From: Catajapyx aquilonaris
Taxonomy: Eukaryota
Direction of reading: 5' to 3'
Length of the DNA stretch: 64,000 nucleotides
NCBI GenBank assembly: GCA_000934665.2
Contig: KZ537995.1
Location: forward strand, 1-64,000
Shown: positions 63,591-64,000 of the stretch, in pieces
Position numbering within the stretch: position 1 is the first letter of the stretch
Layout of the letters: each line of letters starts with the position of its first letter
Notes under the pieces: model-generated
Seen by the model: only the letters and a program-made list of their open reading frames with translations
Told to the model about the DNA's origin: nothing
Database searches by the model: none
Made by a program: the position numbers and the translations under genes

Positions 63591-64000
63591 ATGAAGGTGC
63601 TTGTCCTTTGCTGTTTCTTCGCCCTCTTGTGCGTGAGTCTGTGCGAAGATGTGGTGAGCGAACCGGGGATGGGGGAACCGGAAATGGTCGGGGCAGGGAT
63701 GGGCGAGGCGGAGGTGGCGACGGAGGAGGAGGAGCAGATGGACCTGCAGGTGGAGGAGCCTCCGACGGAAGACGAGATCATCTACATCACGCCCACTCCG
63801 CATGGGATAGTCCATTTGGCTGAGCATTTTGACGACCCGGACGCCTTTGGGAAGAAGTGGGTCATGTCGGACGCCAAGAAGGATGGGGCGGACGAGTTGA
63901 TCGCTAAGTACGATGGTGAGCAAAATCAAGTATTGAAAACAAATGTTTTCAGACCATTAACTGATCGTTCTTCCCACAGGAAAATGGGCTATTGAGGCTC
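63591..64000 (+). CDS. CANX: Calnexin, 5' part (exons 63591-63915, 63980->64000)
   Basis: Signal peptide, acidic N-terminus, HLAEHFDD...KWVMSDAKKDGADELIAKYDG|KWAIE. Confidence 0.92.

Overview
Eukaryotic genomic DNA from an invertebrate, most likely an arthropod (many 50-70 nt GT-AG introns, chitin-deacetylase-like genes, TATA+TCAGT core promoters). The left half (~0.6-30 kb) is mostly transposons and pseudogenes. It holds a hAT element inside a coiled-coil gene, an internally deleted eIF2B-epsilon pseudogene, and a degenerate env-bearing Ty3/Gypsy (errantivirus-like) element. That element carries TWO convergent baculovirus-F-like envelope genes (one antisense, lacking the furin site and fusion peptide) plus extra membrane-protein ORFs. 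The left half also has a broken SLC15/PepT gene, a probable Polinton/Maverick-type terminal fragment with small orphan genes ending in long hairpins, several MITEs, a solo LTR and a Helitron PIF1 remnant. The right half (30-64 kb) is gene-dense. It holds two tandem putative glycosyltransferase-like genes, two tandem chitin-deacetylase-like genes lacking catalytic residues, a CFAP97-family gene, cramped/CRAMP1, TBCK and PIBF1 (coding tails overlapping), and the start of calnexin. All calls come from manual motif reading and splice-site inspection; no database searches were run.
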